NCBI GenBank assembly: GCA_965287045.1
Contig: OZ336873.1
Span: 105,524,001 to 105,588,000, forward strand
Length of the DNA: 64,000 nucleotides
From: Carcharhinus amblyrhynchos
Taxonomy: Eukaryota
Direction of reading: 5' to 3'
Below, in pieces: positions 50,524 to 64,000 of this stretch. Both the position numbers and the translations under genes were made by a program. The notes under the pieces were generated by a model. It did not search any database, was not told the DNA's origin, and was given only the letters and a program-made list of their open reading frames with translations. Position 1 is the first letter of the stretch. Every line of letters starts with the position of its first letter.

Positions 50524-53275
50524 CAGTTTATCTTAGCGAAGCTGAAAGTTAGAAATCAAATGTAGAAGAAAATATTATTAGGGCAAAGTAGGATTAATTC
50601 TTAGTTTCTGTTCAAAAATCCATTGAAATTTGTCCACTGACTAGTTTATTATTTACTTAAAACAAACCATATTGAGACAAACTTTCAGAATGCCAGCAAT
50701 GTAATTTGAATAGGCTTTTGTAGTAAATTGAGTGCCTCTTGAGCAGTTTCTATCAAAAATCATTTATTTGCATAAAATTTCTCAACAGCTTCATTACCCA
50801 TAGCCCTTTTCATGACTGAAGTACTTTTTCTTACTCTGTAAAATACCTTTTGAACTAAATAAGTGCTCATCCTCCTCATTATTCAGCAGAGTAAAATGTA
50901 TTCTGCGGTATGTATTGTGTGCCCTCTGTGAATGTGATCAAGAGCTCACAGAAGGCATCAGTTTAAAGAAAGAACGTGCACTTATATCAGACATTATGGC
51001 ATCCTCAGGATGTCTCAAAGCACTTAACAACCAATGGACTAATTTTGAAGTGCAGTAACTGTATTTGTGCGAGGATTCTGGTAAACCCGATTCTGCATTC
51101 TTATTTCCCCTTACAGCACTCCATTTTGCTTTGAAAGGCTGGTGTTCACTTCCATGTTCACTGGCAGCTCTTCTTTACTTCACTCAAATGGACAGACTTG
51201 CGACTTGAAACATTAAGTATTGACCGACTCAACGATTGCAGGCTGGAGGTTGGGTGGGGGGTGGAGGACTGGGGGGTGTAGGGGGAGTGGTTTTGGTTGT
51301 GGTACTGAGATCTGCAATTTGTTCTTGACTTTTTTAACATTGATATAATGATTTCTGCTCTGTGCAAACCTGGCTGTTGGGAAGAAAGCTTTGCTCCATA
51401 TAGAGCCACATTCCTTTACATGAATTACTTTGACATGCAATAACCGTTGGCAGAAAAAGCTGGCATCTTGCAGACAACAAGACTTGATAAGCAACAATTA
51501 GATGAATTGTCCAGGTCATTGGTTTGAAAGGATCCTAGTTGATGAAGGCATGCTACTAAGGAGACATCCATTAAGGGATTTTAATATTTACCTGAGCAAC
51601 AGAAACATCCAGAAAGGGGTTTGACTTGGATGATTGACAGCATCTTTAGCTAATGTAGTACTTCCTCAGTAATGCATCAGCCTAGATTATTTACTTATGC
51701 CCTGGAGCAAACAACTTTCTGACTCAAATGAGGCATGCTGAAACATGCAATGGGACCTTGTTAACTATGAATTTGACTGTACTTGCAGAAGCACAACATA
51801 TGTTCTAATTTTTAAAATACATTTGCACAAGTCCAGCCTTTCCTTTTTTTTAATCTTCAAGAATCTTGAGAACATCTATAGGTATATTTAATCTGTTTTA
51901 ATTAAGCTGCCACTGGCTGTAATACTTAGTTAATTTGTAACACCTCTTGGGAAGGTGGCTTTGACTTGATTAATTCTTATTAAAATTGCAAAGGGTTTTG
52001 CCTTATTGGTATATTATGGTTTGGGAGATGTTTACTTTGGGAAGCTGTAGAAAGGTATCAGGCGTTGTTTTGTTGCAAGGTTGTATTGCTATCTATGAGA
52101 TTGTGGAGAATATTGCCTTTTCCTGATGACTGTGAGGGTCTCAAGTAAATTCGGGCACCTATTAATCTTGTTCAAGTGGGTGAGAGAGAGAGTACAAAAC
52201 TACCCGCTTTATTAACATGGACAGTGTTTTGGGAAGGTCAACTGGAGGACAGATAACAAATATGGGAATGGGACTGTAATTATGAGTTACAGAGAAGACA
52301 TATATTGATAAAATAATGGAGACTACTACTTAATCAATATCATATTCATATTAGTTAAGGAATGTTGGATATTCTTAACAGGTGATTAACACTCAACTAG
52401 CATGATTGTCATTGGAATTGTAAAAAATCAATGTGAATTTTTTAATGTCAGCCATTGGTGAAAACGTAATGACTTTGAAAAACTTCTAGGCAGAAGATCA
52501 AACGATGGTTCTCACTAATTCACTCAACCTCACTTCAAGATCTCAAATTAAAGTTTGCATCGGGAGTCCATTTTGGAACTGCATGTTGCAAATTCAACTC
52601 GTGAATAAAGTGGGTCATAATTTTAGATCTCTAAGCTCAAATGTTTGCTCAATGACTTTCGAGGATGAAGGAAAATTTGATTGTATTCTGCATCCTTCTG
52701 ATTTTTCTCTTTCTTTGGGAAATTAAATAAATTTGGATGGGAGCAGTCAAATTACCCATGGGAAGGAATAATTTCATTGGGGCAAATGACCTCTCATGAA
52801 GTTTGAAGTGGTAATTGCAGAGAAACTAGGCTGGGCCCATTCCATGGAATGTTACTATTTGTAATTTTATTTGTTTGAATAGGACAAACTTCACCAGAGA
52901 GACAATATGGAACTAATGGAAACTTGTAATTGTTCAAGACTTCAATAATATAAGCGCTGTTAGTCACAAAGTAGCATTCTTTCAAGTTTCCAAACTCAAT
53001 TCTTGATTGATCTCAAGTAGAGTAACCCATTTAGGAGTCACAGGGCACAGTGTTACCTTGCCAAAGAATTTGTTAAAATCTTCCAAGATTCCTGATTGTT
53101 ATTAGATGGTCGCTGATTGTGCAAACATTCAGTGATGACAGGATGAGGGTTGTTTGTGATATGCTTTAATTTTCCCACAGTTGCCAAACAATTAGTATAC
53201 ATGATTGTGGCTAACACACAGGTATTGAAAGGTACAGAAGAAAGCTCCTATGAAACCAATTTCCAACAATCATTA

Positions 53276-53391
53276 GGCTGGCTTCTCCAACCTTACCCGC
53301 AGTGGGGTTTCTCCCGTCCTGCTGTGGTGCACCAAATTCTTCATCCTCACTGGCAGTGGCGACAGGGCATGCATGGTGGAGAATTCCAACT
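53276..53391. mobile_element. MITE, same family, diverged
   Basis: ggctggcttctcc...ggagaattccaact. Confidence 0.6.
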
Positions 53392-53839
53392 ATTGCCTCC
53401 GGATAAGGAAGGGATGAACATTGAATAAACTTTCAACTTTTCTAAATTGTCAAAACAAAATCCTCTTCTTTCGAGCCAACGTTTATTTAACAGTAGTAAC
53501 TTGTTTACTTCCATCACAATGTCCATATGCCTCGCAAAATTGTAAGAAATAAATAACTATTTTCAGGTTCAGATACAAAATATCATGAACTATTAAACCA
53601 TGCTTCTGAAATAACTGGTTGCAGCGGAGAATGACACTTAGGTTTAGATGGGCAATCACCTGGGTAAGAATGATCATTGCATCATGAGAGTTTGATTATT
53701 AATAGGACAAGGAAAAGTAGACATAGGGGGATTAATGGAGTGAATACATGGGGTTATGGGGTAAACTTGGGTAAGAATTGGTGCAGACCGAATGGGCCAA
53801 CTGGCCTCCTTCTGCACTGTAGGGATTCTATGATTCCAC

Positions 53840-54700
53840 AAAAACCAAAAGGAAATGCTGAAAAAACTCAACTGAGCGACATCTGTGGAGAGAAACAGAA
53901 TTAACGTGAGAAGATATTTTACCAGAACTGAAGATGAAAGTGTAATAATTAGTCAGTGTGTGGAAGGAAGAACAAAAGGAAAGCACTGAGATAAAGTGGA
54001 AGTAGGAGAAATACAAAATAACATTTGGTTTCATGGTGCATCAGCCAAAGAAATTTATAGCAAAGGAACAAAAATTGTGTGCAGATGAGGCATGAATGTC
54101 TCCATAACAACCATCTGAATGCAATGTGAAAGGATAAAAACAATGACAAGACCAACCTAGTTAAATATAAAAAAAAAACTTTTAACAAGATGAAAGTAGG
54201 GGTATTGATTTAAAGTTGTTGAACTCAATGTTGAGTCCAGAAAGCTATAGAGGGCAGAGCTGAAAGATAAGTTGCTGAAACTCAAGCTTTATTGGAGCAC
54301 GATAGCAAGTCATGGACAGAAATGTCTAAATGGGATCAAGCCGGACAATTAAAATGACAAGCATCCATACGCAGCTCAAAGTCTTGCTTGCAGACTGAAT
54401 GTAATGTAGAAGGCACCTTATCACGAACAGCAAATGAGGCATACTAAATTGAAAGAAGTCCAAATGTATCACTGTTTCATTTGGAAGGAGGAGGCTCTGG
54501 GGTGTTGGTGCTATGAAGGGAAGAGGTGAAAGAATAGGTGTTACATGTCCTGTCTTTGCACAAAAAGATGCCACAGGAAAGGGAATGTGTGTTCAGGCTA
54601 ACTGAAAAATGGGCCAGGGTGCTGAAAGGGGAGGGCAGGGAAATATGTGTTTGGTGGTCGCAACACACTAGAGCTGGCAAAAATGGCAGAGGATGATCCA
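53840..54700 (-). mobile_element. Old Penelope-like element remnant (second family)
   Basis: Minus strand QLIFQLCPL*LSGLNIEFNNFK (~54210-54275) resembles the GIY-YIG C-terminus. Terminal motif aaatgctg.aaa.actca....catctgtggagagaaacaga.ttaacgt. Confidence 0.65.
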
Positions 54701-55549
54701 GAATTGAAAGAGGAAGTGAAATGGCTAATAAGTCTGGCAAAGAGAGAATATGAGAACAGAATGTCAGTGAACATAAAGGGAGCTCAAAAATCTTCTACCA
54801 GCATGTAAATGGTATGTGGGATGTATGAAGCAGGATAGGTGCTATTAGAAACAAAAAAAATGCTAGAGGCATAGGGTAAACTTCATAAGTACTTTATATT
54901 AGTGTTTACTAAGGAAGCAGATGAAGTGGGGGTAATGAATGGATTTTAAATATATATATATAAATGAGTCGTATAATGGAATACAGGGTAAAATTTCAGA
55001 ATTTTCTGTGATACCATCTTTGAAAGTGCTGTACTCAAAAACGAGTGCATCAAGACATAGATTAGTGAGCAAAATAGACAGACAAATGGAATATGGAATT
55101 TAAAACAAAGGAGTGTGAAGTGGTGCATTGAAAGTGATTGTCTCCTTTTATGCTTTGTAGTGCCAGTGCAGTTTAAATATTTTATTGGTGTATAAAGATA
55201 CAATAATGGGTACAAAAGGTCTAGCTACAAGGTATTAATACGTTCAGATAATATCATTAATAATGACAGCAAAACTTAATCAGTTTGCACATGTAACTGT
55301 CTTCTACCAGTGCCTATTCTGTGCATGCAATCTTCACTTATATTCATTGAACTTGGGCATTACCAAATGTCTTTTCACAGCAGAGCTTTCCTGAATCCTT
55401 CTGGAAATGGTTAAGTCTCCAAGTGAGGATTATAAAGAGAATATATGGTTGGGATATTCTATTCCCATTCATATCGCGTGGGTTCAGTGACAGAAGTGGA
55501 AAATATCGCAAGCAGTTCAAAGTTGTGTTTGACATCAGTGTGAGAGCTT

Positions 55550-56305
55550 GATGAGATTGTTCCCTCTCCCAGTCAGTGATGGGTTGCGTTTCCCAATGTT
55601 CAACATTGGGAATATGGGAACATTATTATGATAAATGTACATGTCATTATTGGACCCATACGCCAGAATTACCTCCCGCCCATTCCCACTGCCATCAAAA
55701 GATCCATCCATGGTGGCATGACAGCAGAATGGCACAAATCAGGACTGGTTTCCAAAGACATGCACCTGGCGAGCAGACCTTTCAGGAGTGCTCAGGTGTG
55801 TGCAACGCTCAGCGGGTAGCGAGTCATGCCCAGGCGCTTCCCGGACAGTACCTAATCATATACTGGTATCCTCTGGCACTGCTCAGGTACCACCCTGGAA
55901 CTCTCCAGCATCATCTGGGTACTACCCAGGCACGACTGAGATATTTCCCGGGCACAATGTTTGGGCAGTGCTTGCTTGTTGCCCGAGTAGTGTCATGGAG
56001 GTGCAAGAGGGTGTGCCAGCAGCGGGGTGCGGAGGGGTGGTTTCTGGGTGAACTGGTTTGCTCACAGCAGGCTGGGGAGGCCTTTAAAAATGGCATCCTG
56101 GATCATTGACTGTCTGAGTTGATGATGATGCGAATGAATCAGAGACTGCCTTGACAGCAGTGAGTTAGAGGACCCGGGGCTTGAAGTTTCTTTTTCAAAG
56201 TCCCGCACTATATGGCAGATTAAGCCGCCATCACCATCATTGACTTCAACACTGCTTTTCCCACTTGACATCGGCCTTTGCGAATATCGGGGAAAATCCC
56301 AGCCT
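55550..56305. mobile_element. GC-richer non-autonomous DNA transposon (Harbinger-like)
   Basis: Right terminus gggaaaatcccagcc resembles the MITE TIRs; left terminus degraded. Confidence 0.5.
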
Positions 56306-57214
56306 ACATATACACATTTATTGATCATTTGATTGGTGGAATTCTGTAACGAGGTGTCATTTTATCAGGAAGTATAACTATGCAATTTGTATAATTGATC
56401 ATTCTCTTATAGTCAGAGAAAAAAATTGTATAACTACCCAAACATAACAGCAAAGGAGAAAGTAAGCCATTACAAAAGGGATCTTTGCCAAACTACTCAC
56501 AGTTTAATCCTTCACCAGAAAGCCAGTAGGATTTACAATTTGCCGTACAGAATCTTATTAGCAAGAACCAAGAACTGAAGTTCCTGCAGGAATTGTCTTA
56601 CTGGAGCCAGTATGATTTATTCAAAAAGTCAGGGTATTTTATTGAGGGAAGTTCAGCAGACTGTGACACCATTGTGCTGGATTACTATGTCGTGTACTGC
56701 AGCAACTGCATACAAATGACAGGGTGACAGTTCTGTATGCTGAATACGGATATAAGTAGCCCCAGAAAACTACCAGTCACATATAAACACAATAACAGTG
56801 AAAAGGTTGAAAAACCAAGGCTGCTGAAGCTAATCATACAGTGAATAGTGAAAATCAATGGAACAAATTAATAACTCCACTTTAATCAAGGGTTGAATTC
56901 GCACCTCTCAGGAAGAAGTCTGGACTTAAGAATCAAAATTACATTTGCTTTTTGCTAGTGCACTCTGATTTGAAGTTGAGCACACTTATTGCCATCTCTC
57001 AAGTCAGTGTTTGTCCCACTTTTAGAAGTCTTATTCGGGAGCAGTCCAGCTTTAGACATTTTGCACACTGTTCTGTGACTTCTTCATATTACATCCACTG
57101 AATGAATGAGGAAGCCTATTATTAATTGTTGTCCTATCTTTTAGATGTCATTGGACAGAGCACCTGTATAATAAGCTGTATGGCAATTGTACTTTCCCTT
57201 GCCACATGTGCATT

Positions 57215-57930
57215 TTGACTCCCAAAGCATATTTGATAAAGCTTTCACAAAAGTTTACTAGTTAAGCTGAAAACAATGGGGATTAGGGCTTAAGACTAGA
57301 AACAAATAAGGAATTGTTTGAATGGGCGGAAACAGAACATTTGATGGGAGTTTTATCAGTGACAACTACATTTCATGAGACAGTGCACAGATTCAGAGAA
57401 AAATTGTAAGTGGGCAGGCCCAAGGTAGATGGGATTTAATATAGACAATGGTAAAATATTTAACACTGGAAGAAAAACACCAACCATCCCTGAAGGATGT
57501 CAAAATTGCTGTAGATAATGTTGAAAGAAATCTCGGAGCTTTAGCAGACTTGATACTCAACATGTCAAACTATAGCAGTGAATAACCAATAAAGCAAATT
57601 GAATGCTGACCTTTAAAACTGAAACATGATTGGAAGCTATAAAAAAATCATGCTCCAATTTTGTGCTCAAACTACAGATCAGGCTTTGTGTCCAGTTATG
57701 ATCAAACTTGCAAGAGAATCAGTGATGTTCTGGGTGTAGTGCGAAGAAGAACCAACAAAGTTCGAGCAACTTTAACATAGAAAGCATTCCAAAAGTGTTT
57801 CACAGCAGTTTTACTTTAAAGGCGGACGTGCAGCACTGCAAGTCTCAACACTGAGGAGAGAGTGATGAAATCCAAATTATTCAGCCGGAACAGGATAAGA
57901 CTGAAAGGTGATCTTAAGATAGTTCAGGAA
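57215..57930 (+). mobile_element. Highly decayed CR1-like RT fragment
   Basis: DSQSIFDK...KLLVKLKTMGIR (DFxKAFDKV...L..KL...GI pattern) and later RLKGDL. Confidence 0.55.
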
Positions 57931-58028
57931 CTTCATAAAGAATACCACACCAAACTGAAAGTAAGGGGAGACAGACCTATACTAATGAAAGTATATATAC
58001 TTTCAAAGCATTTAGTCTTTATACCAAT

Positions 58029-58355
58029 GGGTGGCACAATGGTTAGCACTGCTGCCTCACAGCTCAAGAGACCTGGGATCGATTCCCAGTTGGGTCTGTG
58101 TGAAGCTTTTACATTCTCACTGTGTTTGTGTGGGGGGTTTCCTTTGGGTGCTCTGGTTTCCTCCCACAGTCCAAAGATGTGCAGGTTTGGTGGATTGGCC
58201 ATACTAAATTGCCCCTTAGTGTTCTGGGATGCTTAGGTTAGAGGGATTAGCAAGTTTAATATGGGAGGTTACAGGACTAAGGCTTGGGTGGGTTTCTTGT
58301 TGGTGCAGACTTGTTTGGCTGAATGGCCTCCTTCCGCATTGTAGGGTTTCTATGA
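58029..58355 (+). mobile_element. V-SINE, tail A
   Basis: Full copy. Confidence 0.85.
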
Positions 58356-59379
58356 AAGGCAAATATAGCCTAACATCATTATTTCTTCTCCAAATAAGGA
58401 TGAAAAAAAGAATTTTTCAGATAAGAGAGAGTTAAATCCCCAAAAAGTGATATTGGGTAAGGATTCTGCCCTTTTCTGGGTTTTACCTGCATGTGTTTGA
58501 AAGTGAGCAGGGAATCCCTTTGGATCCATCAGGAAACCAATTAAGATACTTAAAAAGCCAATTAACTGCAGTTTTGAACCTCAATTCTGGATTTCACCTG
58601 CTTTATAACTTATTATCAACTCACCAGGGTCACTGAAGTGAGTGAGCAACAGGAAGTGCTTCTTCAGTGTAACTGGAAACCTGGAAAGAGTTTTCTATGG
58701 ACTATGGGGAAAAGATGGGGGATTGGGAAACTGAGTTGCTCTTATAGAGAGCAGGTATGAAAATAATTGATCAACTGACCCCTTTCTGTGTTATAACCAT
58801 TCAATAATTATATCATTCATTACACTGAAGAAGTCCAGACATGGCCATTGAGAAACTGCAGTTCAAAGTACTTCTTCTCTCAAAGAGTGCTATCTCCGCT
58901 TGACAGGCCTTGCCAACTTCTTGGAAGACTTTTCACTCACCTTTAGCTGCGCTTCCCTCCTGTCAGCCTTCAACAGTACATCGAGGCAGCTTATATGGCT
59001 TCACCTTACACACATCATGAGGGACAAGAGGAACAAAACTAACAGCATCAGAAGCAATTGAGGTAGCAGTTACCTCCTTCTCAGTTGCCTGTCCCTCCCC
59101 AGGACAAAGGGAATGGACACAGATATCCAGTGAGAAGGAGGCAAGATCCTCAACAAAGGGTTTATAGAGAGACAGTCAGCTCTTCTGACATGTCTGAACA
59201 CTAGTACCTCAGCAAGGGCTCAGATTTCCAAAAACAAACAGGTCAGTGCTGATGTCTGTAGCCTCCTGGAATAAAGCCTTCCTTGTGGGGTAGGTGGGCA
59301 TGCATTGCCAATGGTTTGTAAGGTGCCTGCCACCAGAGGGCCACTATTCTGCTCTGACAAATGGTCATCCTTTTCAACC

Positions 59380-59665
59380 TCGGAGTGAAGGGATACTCTC
59401 TTTTAAAACTGAGATGAGGAGGAATTTCTTCAGCCAGAGGGTTCTGAATCTGTGCAACTCACTGCCACAGAGGACTGTGGAGGCCAGGTCAATGAGCACC
59501 TTTAAGACAGAAATAGATAGGTTCTTGATCAATAAGGGGATCAAGGTTTACAGGGAGAAGGCAAGAAAATGGGGATGAGAATAATATCAGTCATGATTGG
59601 ATGGTGGAGCAGACTCGATGGGCAGAATGGTCTAATTTTGCTATATATCTTATGGTCTTGTGATC
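59380..59665 (+). mobile_element. CR1/HER1 LINE 3' end
   Basis: FKTEMRRNFFSQRVLNLCNSLPQRTVEARSMSTFKTEIDRFL plus 3' UTR gcagactcgatgggc.gaatgg.ct. Confidence 0.85.
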
Positions 59666-61029
59666 TTACGATCTGAAACCCAGAATAACTAAAGGAACGA
59701 TCAGGGATAGTTATGGAAATTTTTGATATTGAGATGAAATACAGAGCCCCGTAGTAGTCAAAGAGTCAATCAAAAAATATCTTTTATGATTTTTTTTTAC
59801 TTACAGCAAAGCTTGTAGGCTCCAGTCGGCATAAGTTGGTTGGCATCTAGTACACTTGACAAAGGATTTTAGATTTAATTTGATGTATTTGGCATTAGCG
59901 AAAGTAAAACATTTCATTGCTCATTAAGGACTGAGAAAATCATCTTTAGGCCATTAGTTTAGATCCAGAATAAGGCCTTTCTTGCTGGTATAGTATCGGG
60001 ATCTAATAAAGTCATACAGCAGATGTATTATCCTTTGATTTAGAAACCTCACAAGAGATGATTCATGTTAGATAAGAGTGCTATGTATCAGACTAGATAT
60101 TATGGATTTAAACTGCGGATATTAAGTGTCCAATCATTTTGTGATCTCATATTTCTTTTGTACTATGAGCTCCCAATTTTTTTTAATTCATAAAGAACTA
60201 AAAATATGTTTGTCAAAACATGAAAATTCCATCAGGCTTATATATCCTGGTTATGTACAGATTTTACTGTAGTTTGAGTAGACAACTTCTAAAGTGCTTT
60301 TCCTGTTGATGTCGACACAATGTTGCTCATTATACGTACTTAACATGCTTCAAGCAGAAGAAAGGTTGACAATGGCAGGGTGTTATTATCACAGTTTCTA
60401 TTACAACCTAATCTTCCAGGTAGGGGATGGTGTTACATTCATTACGTACGTACATTTTATTGTTGCCTCAGTTCTTGCAAAGCTGGAGCCACAGCTCAGA
60501 TGAGGACAGGATGGCGTTTGGTTGTAAAGTGCTCCATGTGCACAGAAAAAAAAATCAGGCTTGCTGTTGGAGCTTACAACTGAAACATGACTATTTGGGT
60601 GAGATTTAGAGACTACCATAGCCCAAGGAACTAGGTCTGAGCCAGAATTTGGAGCAAAAGGTGAGAAAATTAAGGATAAAGACAAGCATGGTTAATTTAA
60701 GCTGCTTATACTTTGCTTCTGAGATGTGTTATTACATCCTGACAGTTGGTCCTGTACAGCTGGCATTAACTAAAATAAACCTGGCGGATTTAATAAACAT
60801 GGTGGCTGGGAGGTCCAAATCAAAACCTTACTATTGGCAAAAGGTATTGCAAAACCCACATGAATCATAGCAGGGCTTGAGAACAGTATAAAAGCAAATT
60901 AGAGCAGTCATACTTTCCTCTTGTCATCATTCTTTTTTCTCTTCCTCTCCTGATAGTGCCAACTTTCTGATAAAGGGCACAATTTCATGAATCCCAGATG
61001 CCCAATAGAACCTCACCCAAGCAACTCTT

Positions 61030-61353
61030 AGAATTATAGAATCCCTACGGTGCAGACATAGGCCATTCGGCCCATCGAGTCTCACCCACCACAATTCCAC
61101 CTAGGTCCTATCCCAGTAATCCTACACATTTACACCGCTAATCCCCCAGACACTAGGGTCAATTTAGCATGGCCAGTCAACCTAACCCGCACATCTTTGG
61201 GCTGTGGGAGGAAACTGGAGCACCCAGAGGAAACCCATGCAGATGTGGCGAGAATGTGCAAATCCATGCAGGCTGTGACCCGAGGCCGGAAATGAGCCCG
61301 GGTCCATGGTGCTGTGAGGCAGCAGTGCCAATCACTGTGCCACCGTGCCGCCC
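61030..61353 (-). mobile_element. V-SINE, tail A
   Basis: Full reverse copy. Confidence 0.85.
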
Positions 61354-62589
61354 AATGTGAAGTTTCACTGGTATTGGAAGGCTTTATGCAACTCATCAAT
61401 TGAGACATTTATATTCTGCTGAATCCAACAAAGCAGCAGTTGTGCTGCACTACTACGCTCATCTTTTGTATAGACCCATTAAAACGCTACTTTGTATTCT
61501 AATATTTAAATTGAGTTGAACACACTGCATGTTGTTAAGGTGAAGCATCTTCAGCATTGTGTATATTAGATGTTTATTAGTTTTGAAATGCAATGGGTAG
61601 GCCAATACAATAAATGCAGTTATTTTCACAATGTCTCTTTCTAAATTTGCAATGGAAGGATCAGTAGTTTAGTATTTAGTGATTTTATTTTCAACATGAC
61701 ATTGTTCAACTTTAATTCGCATTTACCTTTGAGTATTGAATAGTTTCTGAGCAGCATTTATCCCCCTTAGTACAGCATGTGCTTGAGATCATTTCCTGTT
61801 GCCTATTTAATACAGTGCATTACATAATTCAGAAGACAGTATAAAAATGTCAGTCTTGGCTCACAGTAGCTTTAGAATCAGAACTCATCGCAATTGGGAA
61901 TTGTTCTATAACTGCATTATACGCATACTCCTAAAACTAACTAATTACATAGGAATACATTTTGCAATTTGCAATCGTCCTTAAGATAATTTAATACATT
62001 CAAGCAGACTATTTTTATACTGAATTCCCATTCTAACTGAAATGATGGAACGCTGTTCAGTTAGTGAATTCCTTTAAGGGCCAAACTCTAAAATGGCTCA
62101 CTTGAGTTCTTATAGACACTCAAACAAAGTTCAGTTTAGACTATGATGGGTTCAGTTTGATTAAGTATAAGGCAACTAGCCAAACCGTTCGCAAGTGTGA
62201 CCCCAGCATTGTCAACAGGAACATAATCATTGACTGCATCCAGTCCCAACCTTTGTGGAGTCAGTGTGAGAGCATCTTATTTGCAAGGAACTATGAGAAC
62301 CCACACCAGTATCTACATTTTCTTTGATGCCCATCAATTCCAGTACCTGGCCACTATTGGAGAGGAGTGCACCCAGCTCCTCACTCACTCCTCCTCTTGC
62401 AAATCCATGCAGTCAAGCCCCTTTGAACTTCTTTGTAATGTGATCAGATACAGAAATTGTATTTATTAAAACGCATGTTTCCTTTCATCTCCAAGTTGCT
62501 TCCCTTGGTTTGACTCCATTTTTTAACTTCTGGTGGTTTGACACCTTATGCACCAAATATAACAGCCTCCAGTGTTACACTGGTTGCAC

Positions 62590-63468
62590 TTGAAATATTG
62601 TAAACTGTGAGGACAATGTAGAACTTAAAAAAGATATAGACAAGTTGATGGAGTGGGCAAATAAGTGGCAGATAAAGTTCAATGCAGGAAGAGTGAGATA
62701 ATGTATTTGGTAGGAAGAACGTGAAGAGATAATATTAAATAAGGGTAAAATTCTTAAAGGAGTACAGGAGCAGAAGGACCTGGGTGTACATACGCATAGA
62801 TTATTGAAGGTGGCAAAACAAGTGGACAGAGCAGTTAATAAAGCCTAGAGAAGATTCTGGGCATTATTAACCGGGGCTTAGAACAAGGAGGTTATGCTGA
62901 AATTATATAAGACACTAGCTAGACTTCAACTGGAATATTGTGTACAGTTCTGTGGGCCATAGGAAAGGTGTGGATACATTGGAGAGGGCAGCAGAGGTTT
63001 AAAGAATCATTCCAGGGATGAAAAACTCCAGTTATGAGGATAGATTGGAGAGGTCAGGACTGTTCTCCTTGGAAAAAGGGAGGCTAAAAGGACATTTGAT
63101 AGAGATGTTCAAAATCATGGGGGGGTGCGGGTTGGACTGAGTTGATAGGGAGAAATCGTTCCTGCTCGTAAAAGGATTAAGAGTGAGAGGGCACAGATTA
63201 AAAGTGATTTGCAAAAGAAGCAAATGTGATGAGAGAAAAATATTTTTTGCATAATGAGTGGCTTGGGTCTGGAAGTGTAGTGGAGGCAGGTTCAATCAAG
63301 GCATTCAAGAGGGCATTAGATGATTACTTGAATAGAAACAATATGCAAGGGCATGGGGAAAAGACAAGGGAACAGCATTATATATGATGCAAGTTTGAAG
63401 AGCCAGTGTAGGCACAATGGATTAAATGGTTCCCTGCTCCTGCACTGTAACAATTCTGTGATTCTGTA
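62590..63468 (+). mobile_element. CR1/HER1 LINE 3' ~0.9 kb (decayed)
   Basis: LKKDIDKLMEWANKWQIKFNA...EQKDLGV...LYKTLARLQLEYCVQF...YEDRLERSGLFSLEKGRLKGHLIEMFKIM; ends in a (ATTCTGTG)-like tail. Confidence 0.9.
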
Positions 63469-64000
63469 TTCCCAGTCCAGGTCATCTCCAACACTAGTTT
63501 CACCCCTCTGACATGGCTGGTATTATAAGGAACAAGAAAAGGATTGGCACTGAAAAGGTTGGCTGGAAGTTTTTAAATTAGATCAGGGGTTACAGTGAAG
63601 CTGCTGTCAAAACGCAGTCCTATTTTTTGTTCAAATAGTAGTGAGGTTAACTGTGATTATTTGTGAAACAAAAGCCCTTTCAAATGAATGGGATACTGAT
63701 GATTTCAGCTGCTTGGTGCAATCCTGAGGTTGAAGGTACTCTTTCGTTTCAAACACCCAATCTGTAAAAACCTGACATTTAATGGACTCATGCAGTTCAT
63801 CAAATGTCCATTAAAACCAGTGCCGAGCCAATTTCTTCTCCGATGGCTGCTGTGCATGTTCAGTTTCTAGCATTTATAGTCCAACAAAACTTATGTTCTA
63901 ACAAAAAATTATATATTGTAGTAAGTTTGTTTGGGGTTCTCATAAAAATACAGGTGGAACTACCATTTTACTTTTAGGACAACCAGCACGAAATGGATTG

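Noticed and set aside
55576-56109. 177-aa ORF
   Set aside because: Inside a GC-rich non-autonomous transposon-like segment; no domain recognised.
4074-61353. tRNA-like sequences and recurrent 60-140 aa ORFs (e.g. WLALLPHS..., CGVCTFSLC...)
   Set aside because: These are SINE heads and translations of V-SINE copies, not tRNA or protein genes.
14616-64000. Downstream protocadherin exons (CM1-3, RRVTF)
   Set aside because: None recognised by eye or in the ORF track; probably beyond the window, though very small exons could be missed.

Overview
Vertebrate (eukaryotic) genomic DNA. The repeat content (HE1-like V-SINEs, CR1/HER1, L2, Deu-domain SINEs, Penelope-like elements) points to a cartilaginous fish, probably a shark; this is an inference. 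The only host gene is a delta-1 protocadherin of the PCDH9/PCDH11 pair, more likely PCDH11. It has a CpG-island promoter (~10.3-10.6 kb), a probable non-coding first exon, and one ~3.2-kb exon (11399-14597) encoding a signal peptide, 7 cadherin repeats, a TM helix and the proximal cytoplasmic tail. That exon can either splice at 14597 or read through to a stop at 14615. The remaining ~49 kb appears to be a large intron; I recognised no downstream coding exon. Upstream lies a decayed two-gene PIF/Harbinger transposon. I found no convincing new gene system. The most notable signals are: hammerhead-ribozyme cores in inverted-repeat Penelope derivatives (one a ~240-bp palindrome with a 10-bp target-site duplication, TSD); V-SINEs with two alternative LINE-like tails; a MITE family with 3-bp TSDs; a 7-copy minisatellite in intron 1; and a TE-free 4-kb zone after the exon. 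Repeat family names come from recognition of remembered consensus motifs, not from a search, and repeat boundaries are approximate.
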